This document shows, one piece after another, positions 1 through 12,200 of a stretch of DNA of 64,000 nt (position 1 is its first letter; every line of letters begins with the position of its first letter). This stretch comes from Antedon mediterranea (lineage: Eukaryota > Animalia > Echinodermata). The stretch is taken from the NCBI RefSeq assembly GCF_964355755.1, contig NC_092673.1:7998001-8062000 (forward strand), given 5' to 3'. The notes beneath the pieces are model-generated. The model searched no databases. It was not told the DNA's origin and saw only the letters and a list, made by a program, of their open reading frames with translations. Position numbers and translations under genes: made by a program.

Positions 1-407
1 TTCCATTGATTTTTACTATCTTCCTAAACATTGATTAGACGATCTCCGATTGAGAAAATATCTACCAACATTATGATTAGATCTATGCCTACTACGTGAA
101 AAAGTGAAGATTTTAAAAGGAATGAAATTAGAAAGAAGTTTATTATCGGTTGAAATGAGTTTTACACATTTACTTTATCTCAGTTTATACAAACAACTAT
201 TAACTACTTTTATTAATTTAGAGATTACAGATTTTTGAATTTTAAACCTATAATTTAAGAAATAACAAAAAAAAAACGTATTCGATTGTGAAACCAACCA
301 ATATGTGGGTGGAGTTAACAAAGGAACACAATTCTTATAAAATCGTATTAAGCGTAGGCATTGGGTTTTCTGTAAGGTACAAGCTTACAGAGACAATTAA
401 ATATCTT

Positions 408-611
408 CGTATTAATCAAACTAAAAGGTAATTGATAACTTGAACTGAAATGAAAAAATAACTTGAGGCTTCTAATTGATTTGATCACCGATGCTTAAAA
501 TGTTTTAAAATTTTCGTATAACCAAACTAAAGGTAATTGATAACTTAAACTGAAATGAAAAAAAAAATTGAGGCTTCTAATTGATTTGATCACCGATGCT
601 TAAAATGTTTT
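408..611. repeat. Two tandem copies of a ~105-bp unit
   Basis: CAAACTAAA(A)GGTAATTGATAACTT...GATCACCGATGCTTAAAATGTTTT occurs at ~408-506 and ~515-611. Confidence 0.85.
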
Positions 612-879
612 CAAATTAAATCTATTACATTTGAATGTTCCAGTTGATTCATTACCTTTGTTTTGTAATTTAGATTTAACTAAAGTGTCTTTAATGCTTT
701 GATCACGTCTGTAAACTATCATGGGAGGTTCTTAAAAAATATCTTTTGTAGCGGATTTATCTTCAGTCAAAATTTAAAAGTTATCGCGGACAATGTTAAT
801 AACCTTCTTATTCATAGGATGACACGTGAGGACACAAGCATTTGTATGTGTAGGTTGCAATGTGTCCTCGTGCGTTAAC

Positions 880-2182
880 TGGCAAACTTTTCAAAAACCA
901 CCCATGATAGCTTACAGACGTGATCAAAGCATTAAAGACACTTTAGTTAAATCTAAATTACAAAACAAAGGTAATGAATCAACTGGAACATTCAAATGTA
1001 ATAGAAATAGATGTTCGACATGTAATTACGTTTCATGTTCAAACCAAATAGTAGGACCTTCTGGTAATTATGTTATCACAGATCGTATTACGTGCACCAC
1101 TAGAAATCTAGTTTATTGCATTTCGTGTACTAAATGTAATATGCTTTATATTGGTGAAACTAAACGCAGGTTAGGTGATAGGTTTGTAGAACATTTAAGG
1201 TCTATTAAACTAAAGACTCCCGGATTACCTGTAGCCACCCATTTTTAGTCGCGTGGAAGCGACTCTATAGTTCACTATGTCGGTCGGTCGGTCTGTCTGT
1301 CTGTCTGTCGGTCTGTCGGTCTGTCTGTCGGTCTGTCTGTCTGTCGGTCCGGTATCACTATGCGTTTTATCGCTTTATGACCTTATCTTGATATCAGTTT
1401 AATCTAGCTAAATCAATTTTTCACAGAATATTCCTTATGGCCAGGAATCGATGTGGTTATGATTTCACGGTGCGCAATAAAAAATTACGCGGTCTACGCA
1501 CGATTTAATGAAATCACGTTTGTAATATCTTAACAGCCATGAATCACAATTAAATAAAATTTGGTACTCATAAATTTCAGGGCATAAATCATCATATGGC
1601 AATACAATTACGTGCGTAGCGCATGTAACGCATGCGTACGCGCGCCTAAAATTTTCAAAATTTATTTTCGATGAAATAAGAGTACGTTTCAGACAATTTT
1701 AAGTGTTTACAAAATTGCCATGAGTGCGCAAATTTTTGCGCGCGCACTGCGCGTTAAATGTTATTGCGCACTCTTTTTGCCCGATTTCTGTTTTCTTTAC
1801 TTACTTTTCAACTCGAAATTACGTTATACGAGCACATCAAAAGTGACAGGCTACGCACGTGTAAATTAAAAAAATATAAATGTTTTTAAAGATTTCAACA
1901 TTTTTAAACATGTTCAGTAATTTCGGTCAGTATAGTTCACTATGTCGGTCAGTCCGTCTGTCTGTCGGTCCGGTATCACTATGCATTGTAGCACGCGACT
2001 TAATGGCTGTTGGCCTTGTTTGTAATAATGAGCATTCCCTTTCGGATATTACAATTTCTGGTGTTAAGGTATGTAATGGTTCTGAGACATCTCGTAGAAT
2101 TATAGAAGAAAGAATAATTGTAAAGCTTGGCACTCTTGCCCCTACCGGCATAAATGTACAATTTAGATGTTTTAAACATTAA
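880..2182 (+). mobile_element. Penelope-like retroelement 3' fragment (GIY-YIG endonuclease, probably Neptune-type), split by a HINE insertion
   Basis: PPMIAYRRDQSIKDTLV..CNRNRCSTC..NLVYCISCTKCNMLYIGETKRRLGDRFVEH..VATHF (ORF 826-1248) continues as CNNEHSLSDITISG..EERIIVKLGTLAPTGIN (2021-2182) once 1246-2020 is removed. Confidence 0.88.
1244..2020 (+). mobile_element. Non-autonomous Helentron-associated element (HINE/DINE-1-like), family A copy 1
   Basis: Inserted in a T-run with no TSD; subterminal inverted repeats AGTCGCGTG (1247) / CACGCGACT (1992-2000); GTCT/GTCG microsatellite blocks; 3' hairpin GGCTGTTGGCC; near-identical copy at 23223-24062. Confidence 0.8.
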
Positions 2183-2195
2183 TTTTGCCAGAGAC

Positions 2196-5100
2196 ATTCA
2201 TTTCATTTCATTTCATTTATTTATTTCACTTTACAAATATATAAATATAAAGTGGAGGGGCCTAAAAGAAAGCAAAGCTTGTGGTGAATAGGCTCCTCAA
2301 AACAAAACAAATAAAATATAAATAATATAACACAATTAGAAACTCCAAAAAAACAACAATTAAACTAATATCTTTTCTCTAACACATAAGTTTAAAATGT
2401 TTAAAACTAAAAAAACAAGTAAAAAATAGATTATATAAATTATTTAAGAAATATCAAATATATCAATAATAAAAGAATTTACAAAGAACCTTCAACCAAT
2501 AATAGTTTAAATTGACGTTTAAATAAAGCACAGTTATGAGATTTTTTAAGAGATAAAGGAAGAGAATTCCAGAGTTTAGGTCCAGTGTATACAAGGGTAT
2601 TCATTTTAAGACTAGTTCGAGTAAATGGCAGGTGATACTGATCTTTTTGTCTTGTTTGGTGAGTGTGGTATTGTTTATTTTGAGTGAATATTTACTGGAT
2701 ATTATAGGTGGTAAGTGTCCGGCGGTTAATTGAAACATGATGACACCAACATTAAATCTATAGAGATCCTCAATTTTTAATATTTTATTTTTTTGAAAGA
2801 AATCTTTGGTGTAAGCACGAAAAGTTACCCCTGAGATAATTCTGACAGCTCGTTTCTGGATTAATAAAATTTTAGTAATAATTGATTTTGAAGCATTTCC
2901 CCAAGCAAGAACACCATAATTTAAGTACGATAAAATAAGAGTAGAATATAAAATATTTAATACTTTTTGAGGAAATATTGATTTCAATTTATACATCATG
3001 CCAACATTTTTTGATAATAATTTTCCAGTCAAGTCTGTCGTCAATAAATATACCAAGAAATTTTGTGTTGGTTATTTGATTAATAGGAACATTGTTGAAA
3101 ATAATATCTTTTGATAACATACTATATTTGTTACTAAACAACATAAAATTGGTTTTTAGCATATTTAGTGATAGCTTGTTTGCATGTATCCAAGTAGTCA
3201 CCTTTTTTAGTTCTTGATTAACGATGTCACAGAGACTATCTGGATCATCATGTGAATAAAACAGACTTGAATCATCCGCAAACAGTATTGACGACATGAC
3301 ATTAGATATATTATTGAAATCATTTGCATAAATTATGAAGAGAAGTGGGCCCAGAATCGAACCCTGGGGGACACCACATGTAACAGGTCTGCAGCTTGAT
3401 TCAAAATTATTTAATGATACAAATTGTTGCCTATCAGAAAGGTAACTTCTAAACCATTTTTGAGCCACCCCTCTAATTCCATAGTTTGATAATTTATGCA
3501 GTAAGATTAACAGTATCGAAAGCTTTGGAGTAATCGAGGAAAATACCAATTGTATGCATATGATTATCTAAGGCTGATGTAGTCAACGAAGTGTAAAATG
3601 GCACGTGACGTAGTGTGCTTTTCTCTAAATCCAAATTGAATGTTTGAAAAAATATTACACTGGTTTAAAAAATGTAAAGTCCGCATATATACAAGCTTTT
3701 CTAAAATTTGTGAAAATGATGTCAATAGTGAAATTGGTCGGTAATTTAATGCTTCTTGAGGACTTCCTTTCTTTAATAAAGGAATTACTTTCGCAATTTT
3801 CATTCTTTTAGGGACACACCCGTTACATATTGAAAGATTATATATATGAGTTAAAGGCGTTACAATGTTGGGAATAATGCTTTTAATTAAATCATTGCTT
3901 ATTCCATCAAATCCAGGACTTTTTTTTTCTTAAGGGTATTTACACTATCAATAACGTCCATTTCCGTTATTGGAACGAAAAAAATACTGTTTTTATTCGG
4001 ATCATTCATATAACTATGAAAAGATTTGTTTGTAGTTGGAATCGATTGTGCTAAGGAAGTGCCAATATTTGAGAAATATTCATTGAGGCGTTCAACTATG
4101 ATCTGTTTGTCATCGATAGTTTGACCATTAATTTTTAATTTTCCGATCGCTTTGCGACTTTGGTCGGGATTCAACACAGAATTTATCACTTTCCACGTTC
4201 TTCGTATACGGATTGAAATTGACCGAAAAATAGTCTTTCTTAGCAGAACGTATTAAGGATGTAAGAATATTTTTATATTTGTTATATTTCGTCTTAGATT
4301 CGAGTGTTTTAGAAATTTTAAATTTATAAAAAAGTTTGTTCTTCTTATTTATTGATTTTAATATAGACCTTGATATCCATGGCATACGAGGGATTTTTTT
4401 ACGACTTCTGACACGACTTGCCCTTTGACTAAAACATCATTTTGAAGAAATTTAAGTCTTTCCATAAATACATCAAAAGACTTGTTAGCGTCATTTTCAT
4501 CTAGAACTAATTGCCAATCAGAGTTTGCCAAACGTTCTTTAAAGTGAGCCAACGATTGGGGATTAAAAGAGTAGATTGTCTTATTACAATGACAGTTACA
4601 ATGTTGATTAACCGTTAGCGAGGTTTTTGCAAATATCGGAAAATGATCCGATATATCGGATACAATAATTCCCGAGACCGGGAAAGGGTGGATATTGCTA
4701 AAAATATTGTCAAGTAACGTAGATGAAGTATCAGTTACACGTGTAGGTTTGGTAATAAGTGGAATAAGTGAAAATGAAATTAATGTATCTAGAAATTCAC
4801 TAATGCGTGCATTTTCATCGTGATGTAGTAAATTTAAATTTAAATCTCCCATAATAAACACATTTTTATTTGTTAATGCTTGATGTGAATGAATGTTTTC
4901 AATTTCAGTGTTAAATAATGATATGTTACTTTGTGGTGGTCTGTACACAACTCCAACGACAATATTTTTTTTATTAGGACATCTGATTTCTACAAAAATA
5001 GATTCCAATATGTCATTCATAAATTGTAATTCAGATAATTCTTGGCAATCGAAGGTAGAAGGCAAGTATATTGCTACACCACCTCCACGTTGATCGCTAG

Positions 5101-5850
5101 GTCTACTGTTTGTTAACAAATTATAGCCAGGGAGTGAGTAAAGGTTATGTGAAGAATCAGATAGCCAAGTCTCTGTGAGACCAACAATTGTAGGAGCAGA
5201 ATCAATATGTGATAAAAAAGAATTATAGAGGTGGTCAAAATTTGTATTCATGCTACGGATATTGAAGTGTTCTGGAAGACCGCCGAATCGCAAGTTGTAA
5301 GATCTTCAGTGCCGTTCGAGCTTATTCCGACAGTTGTTTTTGCATCGTTGACAACTTCAATTTTTCATTTCCAACATCAGCCGAAACATCTTTAATGTTC
5401 GCATCTAGCAGTTTTATTTTTTAAATCCGATATTGAAGCACATGCGAATTCAATTGATTTTTCAAACTCAGACTGCTTGGTTTCAACATGGAGGTATATA
5501 ATATATACCTCCATGGTTTCAAGCAGGGAGATTTCAAGTGTGTCCATCCTCGTACAAGCATGGTTTGTTGGTTACGCAAGACCGAATCCAGCTGGTCACG
5601 AATACCGCGCAGATCTGTTGTTAGTCCTACAAGTTCACGCCTCAATAGCTCTGCGTCGGTTTCGGCGACAGCGGCTTCCAGTTTTGGTGGCTCAGGTGAT
5701 GTTGGGGCTAGGACTATTTCCTTCTTTTTTGGCATTCGGACTTAAAATTTCACCGTGTAATTAAGATGTGGTATACTAAAAATGAAATACTCACAGTTCA
5801 AATATACTTAGACTTGATGATAGTTAGATATTAGTAACGTTTTAGAGGAT
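2196..5850 (-). mobile_element. Degenerate CR1/L2-clade LINE: ORF1 remnant, frameshifted ORF2 (APE endonuclease + RT), 3' UTR and (GAAAT)n/(AAAT)n tail
   Basis: APE motifs HFNIRS, GLTETWL, GVVYRPP, MGDLN, SDHFPIF (4358-5293); RT motifs NYRPISLL, GVPQGSILGPLLF, LFADD, KFLG; C-terminal GPKLWNSLP near 2560-2585; ORF1 coiled-coil remnant ~5300-5735; ATTTC repeat at 2196-2227. The 5' end is approximate. Confidence 0.9.
5487..5515. mobile_element. 29-bp palindromic insertion with 7-bp TSD (putative P-element-type footprint)
   Basis: GTTTCAA|CATGGAGGTATATAATATATACCTCCATG|GTTTCAA. Confidence 0.75.
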
Positions 5851-5854
5851 ATTT

Positions 5855-5980
5855 ATATATATATAAACACAACAGGCAAAGAACATTAATTCTAAACCGC
5901 CCGGTGATATACTGAAATTTAATTAATTAATTTGAAACGATAAAGATGAGGAAATCTGTGAGAATGTTTATATATATAAA
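5855..5980. repeat. Fragment of the dispersed tRNA-containing repeat family, bounded by (TA)n
   Basis: AAACACAA.AGGCAAAGAACATTAATTCTAAACCGCCCGG...GAGGAAATCTGTGAGAATG is nearly identical to ~37378-37479. Confidence 0.8.
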
Positions 5981-6240
5981 CATAGATCAGCATGCCATAA
6001 ACAATTTCAATTTAAAATGTATATTAATATTAATAAAACCAACAGTGAACTCATGGTTCAATCACCACTTTACAGGAGGGAACTTTGTGTGACAAAAAAT
6101 GAGATGTGCCCATTATACACACGATGATGTCATATCACTAGGGGCCTACCATATTTGGACACATCACATCTTTTTTATCAAAGAAGTTTGATAGTGTAGA
6201 CAGAACTTATAAAATATCTGATTTATTTTCCTATAGAACA

Positions 6241-9200
6241 ATGGCTGCCACAATGAAGATGATTGTTTTCATATTAGTAATACAAAGCCTGGTGCTATTT
6301 GTTTTCAGTACGTATGTGTTTCCTATCTGCCGTATTATTATTGTGATACAAAAATTTTCAATTTAAAAAGACAAATTTTGTCAATAACGGTATAATATTC
6401 CTCTACTACATATTCAATTTCCGTCTCTTTAGGCCTATTTACCAAGTGTCCAAATCAATGTTCCGAATATGAGACTTTTAAATGCAGACTTACATTATAT
6501 ATTTTTAATGCTAGGCCTATTATAAACTAAATTGTATGTTATATATTTTATATAGCCAAATTTTTTTGTAAATAATTTATTTTATCATAATTTAATTTAT
6601 CTTTTGTTTTGTTTTTTATTGGAACTTACGAGGGCCCCTGAATATCAACTCGCATTAATTTGTCGAACGGGAAAGGTTACGGTACTCTAAATAAAGTTGA
6701 AATACATCAACAATATAAGGAGTAAGCGTTGCATGCGCATTCTAATTTAGATGAATAAATACGCCTAATGGAAACCGGCTCGATAGCGCTCTATTATCCA
6801 AATTATGCGGGAAAACAAAAAGCTAAATAAATGTGTTTTATTTACTCAGCTTAGGCCTACATACAATTTACGATTTCGAGAAAAGATTTTCTTATTTTGT
6901 TTCTAAACATTATTTTTATTTTACAGGTGACAAGGTGTATTTTTCTGTAAAAGCACCTCCTGGTATTCATTCCATAGACCTAGGTTTGTTTTTTGCGTCC
7001 TTTCAGGAATTGGAATTAGGCCTACAGTCTAGTATCAACCAGCCTATTGGCCTAGATCTCAATCCATATACATCAACACTGTATTGGTCAGATGGTATTA
7101 AACATACCATCGACAGCTATTCAATTGAAACTGGTGAACAATCAGTTTTGGTTTCAACTGGAGATGGATGTAAGTGAATGTTTTCCTTTCTTTTAATGAT
7201 TTGTATATGCCTTTATATGTGCAACATAAACTATACGAGATCTTAAAATAAAAGTGAGGTACTATTATGTTGTTCTTTTACCTCTTATCTTCACAGTATT
7301 TTAGACTTAAGAAGACTATATTTACAGTATCAAGTTTTTAAACATACTACTAGCAGTTTGTGTTATAGCATCCACTTAAGCGTGGTTCCTACTAGCGACG
7401 CAACACAAGAAGGACGTAACGCAACGCAAGTGAATTGACCAATCACAAGCGATGGCTTATTCGCTTGTTATTGCTGTTACTGTCTATAACTTCGCTTGTC
7501 ATTGGTTAAAACGCTTGCGTTGCGTTTACGTCCTTGCGTTACGTTCTAGTGGGAACCAAGCTTAAGACTAAATTGTTATGTCATTCTGGCAATCGTTCTT
7601 TGTAGTGTTTGAGTGTATTGAATTTGAGTTTGAGTGTTTATTTCATCGTAATTGATCCTGACGATATTTCCTCGTAATCAACAATTCTTTAAAACTGTTT
7701 AGCTAATGTTTTTTTATTCTTCAAAACTTATTGATTCATCTTCATAATGTTAATTCTAGAAATATTGTTGAGAAATTTACAGTATACTTACAACTATATA
7801 ATATAACATAACATTTTTACATGGTATAATTCAAGTATAAATAACCAACACATCCTAGTATTTCCTGCTTAAATACACATGTACCTATGTACACATGTAC
7901 CTATGTACACATGTACCTATGTACACATGTACCTATGTACACATGTACCTATGTACACACGTACCTATGTACACACGTACCTATGTACACACGTACCTAT
8001 GTACACACGTACCTATGTACACACGTACCTATGTACACACGTACCTATGTACACACGTACCTATGTACACACGTACCTATGTACACACGTACCTATGTAC
8101 ACACGTACCTATGTACACACGTACCTATGTACACACGTACCTATGTACACACGTACTATGTACACACGTACCTATGTACACACGTACCTATTAGACTTGT
8201 CCCAAGTCTGTATTATCTTTTTTTTTTATTTATTTGTTTTTATTTCGACCGCGATTTTTGTCTGAAAATACAGACTTGTGATTGTGAAACACGTATAGAA
8301 ATCGATTTGCAGACCGCAAACATACGATAAGAATGACGTAGGTTATCATACCGTATTTGGCTATATGAGGCGGGCGGTATGTAAATATGGATTTCGAATC
8401 AACCAATGATCATTTTGTTTCAAAATGAAAGAGATCGAGTACGTAGGCCTACCAGTGCTTAAAGGGGGATTCTGGGTTTAAAATTGCTTTTAAATATCGT
8501 TTATTTATTAAATAAAAAATATTATAACAATATAGACATTTCAGAATGAAGAAGTAATAACGAGAAATTAAAAAAATTAAATTTCATATACATTTTAGGG
8601 TAAATTCATGGAAAGTCTGTTTTTTAGCAGCTTAGGGAAGCTCATTAATATTCATGAGATATTCACAAAATCACGTCACCAGTGGATTCCAAACTCGCGA
8701 CGTCATGTACGTTGTGTTTGTCAACTAATTTACATCTCTCTCTCCCCTGTCAAACGACGACCACCATTGTGATTATTGTGAAATACATTTTTTTGTAGAT
8801 TTTCTAAGCTAGGCCTAAAGTGTAATAATAACAGTAGTAGCATATATTTATTTGTCATTTAATGAAATACAAAATTTAGTACAGATACGGAGTCATAAAT
8901 TATACTATTTTTATACCTCTATAGTACAGATCGTATTATCGGCTTCACGTACAATACTACTCTAGGCCTAGCCTAATAATAATATGGGCGAGAGCCATTC
9001 TGACTAGGGATTCCATGCCACGATGGCTACGTTAAAACAATGGGGCCCATGGGCCTAGCTAGCCTACTACTAGACGATTGGCCCATAAATAACAAAACCC
9101 ATCCTATCAACCAAACTCCTAAACAATCTAAACCTAAAACATTCTACAAAATCGGCTGTAAATATTGAAGCAAAACAAGGTCCGATCGCCGTCCACACGT

Positions 9201-12200
9201 ATGGTGTCCCGATCGTCTAAGCATGGAGGTATTACCTCCATGGTCTAAGTAGGCCTAAAATAAATAGGTTTAGTTTACTCTCCAAAAAAGCGGATACTCA
9301 TGCATCAAGCAAGTAGACCAGGTAGTAGGAAGGAGACCTAGCCGATCCGGCCCAGTTAAAAATTGAGCTAGCTAGTGTAGTAGACCCTATGCGAATTGAT
9401 ACTACCACTGCCAGGCCTTTTACTATAGGCTGCACTACACAAATAATCCAACTCTCTCATTCGAGCTATATTGTCTATACCACCGGTAGGTCGAGTCGAC
9501 CTTCAATCAAATACTGTACATCGTTCATGTTGTGATTATAGACGGGGTATACTCGACCCGACCAGTTTGGTATTGTTGTATCTGCTTATCACGTGACGAT
9601 GCCAGGCATGGGCAGCAGAGAGAGCACGTGTATCGTCGTCTCGCTCGATCCTCAGCAGGAATGTACAGTATACGTTACGCTTCATTGATTTTGATTTTTC
9701 CCTAAGTCGGTGCGAAAATCGGCAAACGTAAAGTGCAAACATATCTAATTTTTCACTGTTTTGATGAATTTTCATAAAAAATTGACTTTATAAATGGGAA
9801 GACCGACTAAAATTACATCAGATAAGTATAATTTTACAAAAGTAATTGATATGGTTTATGATAACGAGTCGTCGGAAGATGGACCATTTCACGAATTTCC
9901 TATTTTGTAACCACAGTGTGATTTTGCCGTAGCTGCACTTGTAATCTGGCCTGATTTCACAGCCTTCGTTCTGCTTCACTGGACGCTTATATAAATTGAA
10001 ACTTTTACCGTTCAAGAGACAAACAAATATATTTTACATTTTTTACTATTCATTTAAAACCCGGAACCCACCTTTAATGTACGATCGAGACTGTTGAAAT
10101 ATAAAATAGTAATGCCAAGTTGTTTTGTTTATTAATTGTTTATTCCTTGGCCTAGGCCTCTTTCGTAGGTCCTACTCAACTCGCACGTATGACCTGCCAA
10201 ATAAAACGCCAATGAAATCAGAAGTAGGCCTACATAACCACCGGCACACAACAGGGCTACATCACCACACAGAACAGGACAGGGTCTCGGTGGGAATTAA
10301 ATCAAAATTATCTCCGCGTAATAAATGATCCATTCAATGTTTGATTTGCGGAGAAGCTAGCCTATCATATATCAAGACGAGTTTTCATGTTTCAAAGATC
10401 CCATCAAATGTTTACCAGACTACTAGGCATATAAAATAATTTCTAGCCTTCAGAACTTTCATAAATGTACCCAAGTACACATTGTCTAAACGTAACATAG
10501 CCCATGTGCATCATCTTAGTTAGACTTGCCCCAAGTCTGTATTGTTTTATTTGTTTTTATTTCGACCGCGATTTTTGTCTGAAAATACAGACTTGTGAAA
10601 CACGTATATACGGTGCAGCGTTGCCAGCGATAAAATTTAAATTATGCCGTATCCTGTCTCAAATAATGCCAGATTGGGAAAAATAATGCCAGATCCCCAA
10701 AATGTGGCCCTAAACAGCGCCACCAACGGTTGTATGTCTAATAAACGTTTGTAAAACCCCAACTGACACAAAATAGGGCCTAAATTGTATCCCTATGTCG
10801 TTCAAAAATTGTATTTTTAGTTTTGTGAGTAATAACTAATAATTCTAAAAATATCTGGGGTGAAATGGTAATTGCAAATGACACAAACACGAACCCACGA
10901 ACCCTTCTCCCCCCCCCCCACCCTCCAAAAAAAACCTGTTACAGCCATGGAAATTTAGAATTTTTGAGCTGAAATATGAGAGCTGCTCGATCTTTGCACT
11001 TAATTTCAAATATGAAAGGATCTTAGCCCACCATAATTAGAAAATTGCAATTATAATTTAAAATAGGAAATAAAAATATATATTAAGTGTCTCCAGGACG
11101 ATCAGCCCCACCATGGTTGATAAGAAAATTTTGAAAAATGCTGATGGCCGGAAATGCCACTTAATTTAAAATATGAAATAATAATATATTTATTAGTGTC
11201 TCCAGGATCTTAGCCCACCATAGTTCGAAAATGGCAATTATCATTGAAAATAGGAAATCAAAATATATATTAAGTGTCTCCAGGACCTCAGCTCCACCAT
11301 GGCTAGTGCTGAGGTAAGACAATTTGGGAAAATAGAGCTGCTCAATGGGCGGAAATGGCACTTAATTTCAAATATGAAATAAAAATATATTTATTAGTAC
11401 CTCCAGGATCTTAGCCCATCATAGTTTTGAAAATGGCAATTATAATTTAAAATAGGAAATAAAAATATATTAAGTGTCTCCATGACCTCAGCCCCAGCAT
11501 GGTTGGGGCTGAAGTAAAAAAAAAATGGAAAAATAGAGCTGCTCGATGGGCGGAAATGGCACTTAATTTTAAATAAAAATTACCTCGCCCACATGGTCAC
11601 TACTGGGGCTGAGAGGTGAAGAACATTTGGAAAAATAGGGTTGCTACGACGATGCAAATGGAACATAATTTGAAATATGGAAAAAAAATTCTGCTTGAAG
11701 AAATTCTTTTTAAAATTAGAGCTTCTAATAGTTACTGCAAATTGCCATTTCAAGGGTTGGGGTAGGGGTGCGGCCACTTATAATTATGAACTGAAACAAC
11801 AAAACCCCTTTCATAATGTTTTCGTTCAATTGTCTCTATATCTGGGGATCCAATAACCTGCATGGTCTCTGAAATAGAGCAACATAATTGGCCAATAGCT
11901 AGCCTCTTCCGGATTTGTTGTGCTGCCTATATCGCACACACGGTAGTTTTCGAGCAGCCTTCCTATCCGAAGAGTCTATTTAAGTCCGAAACAAAAGGAT
12001 GGAAGAACTATTGTACGGAAAACCCGAACAGATCTGTTTTCTACGATATGATATTGTGTAAGGTGATATGTATTAAATTGCATGATTAAACAAAATATTT
12101 TATTTTTGTTCTGTGGTATATTATTATTATTATTATTATTGGTTGTTCAAAAAACACAAAATTATGCCAGATTATGCTAAAAACGGCTAAATAATGCCGC

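Noticed and set aside
1-400. Possible decayed LINE coding sequence
   Set aside because: No recognisable motif in any frame
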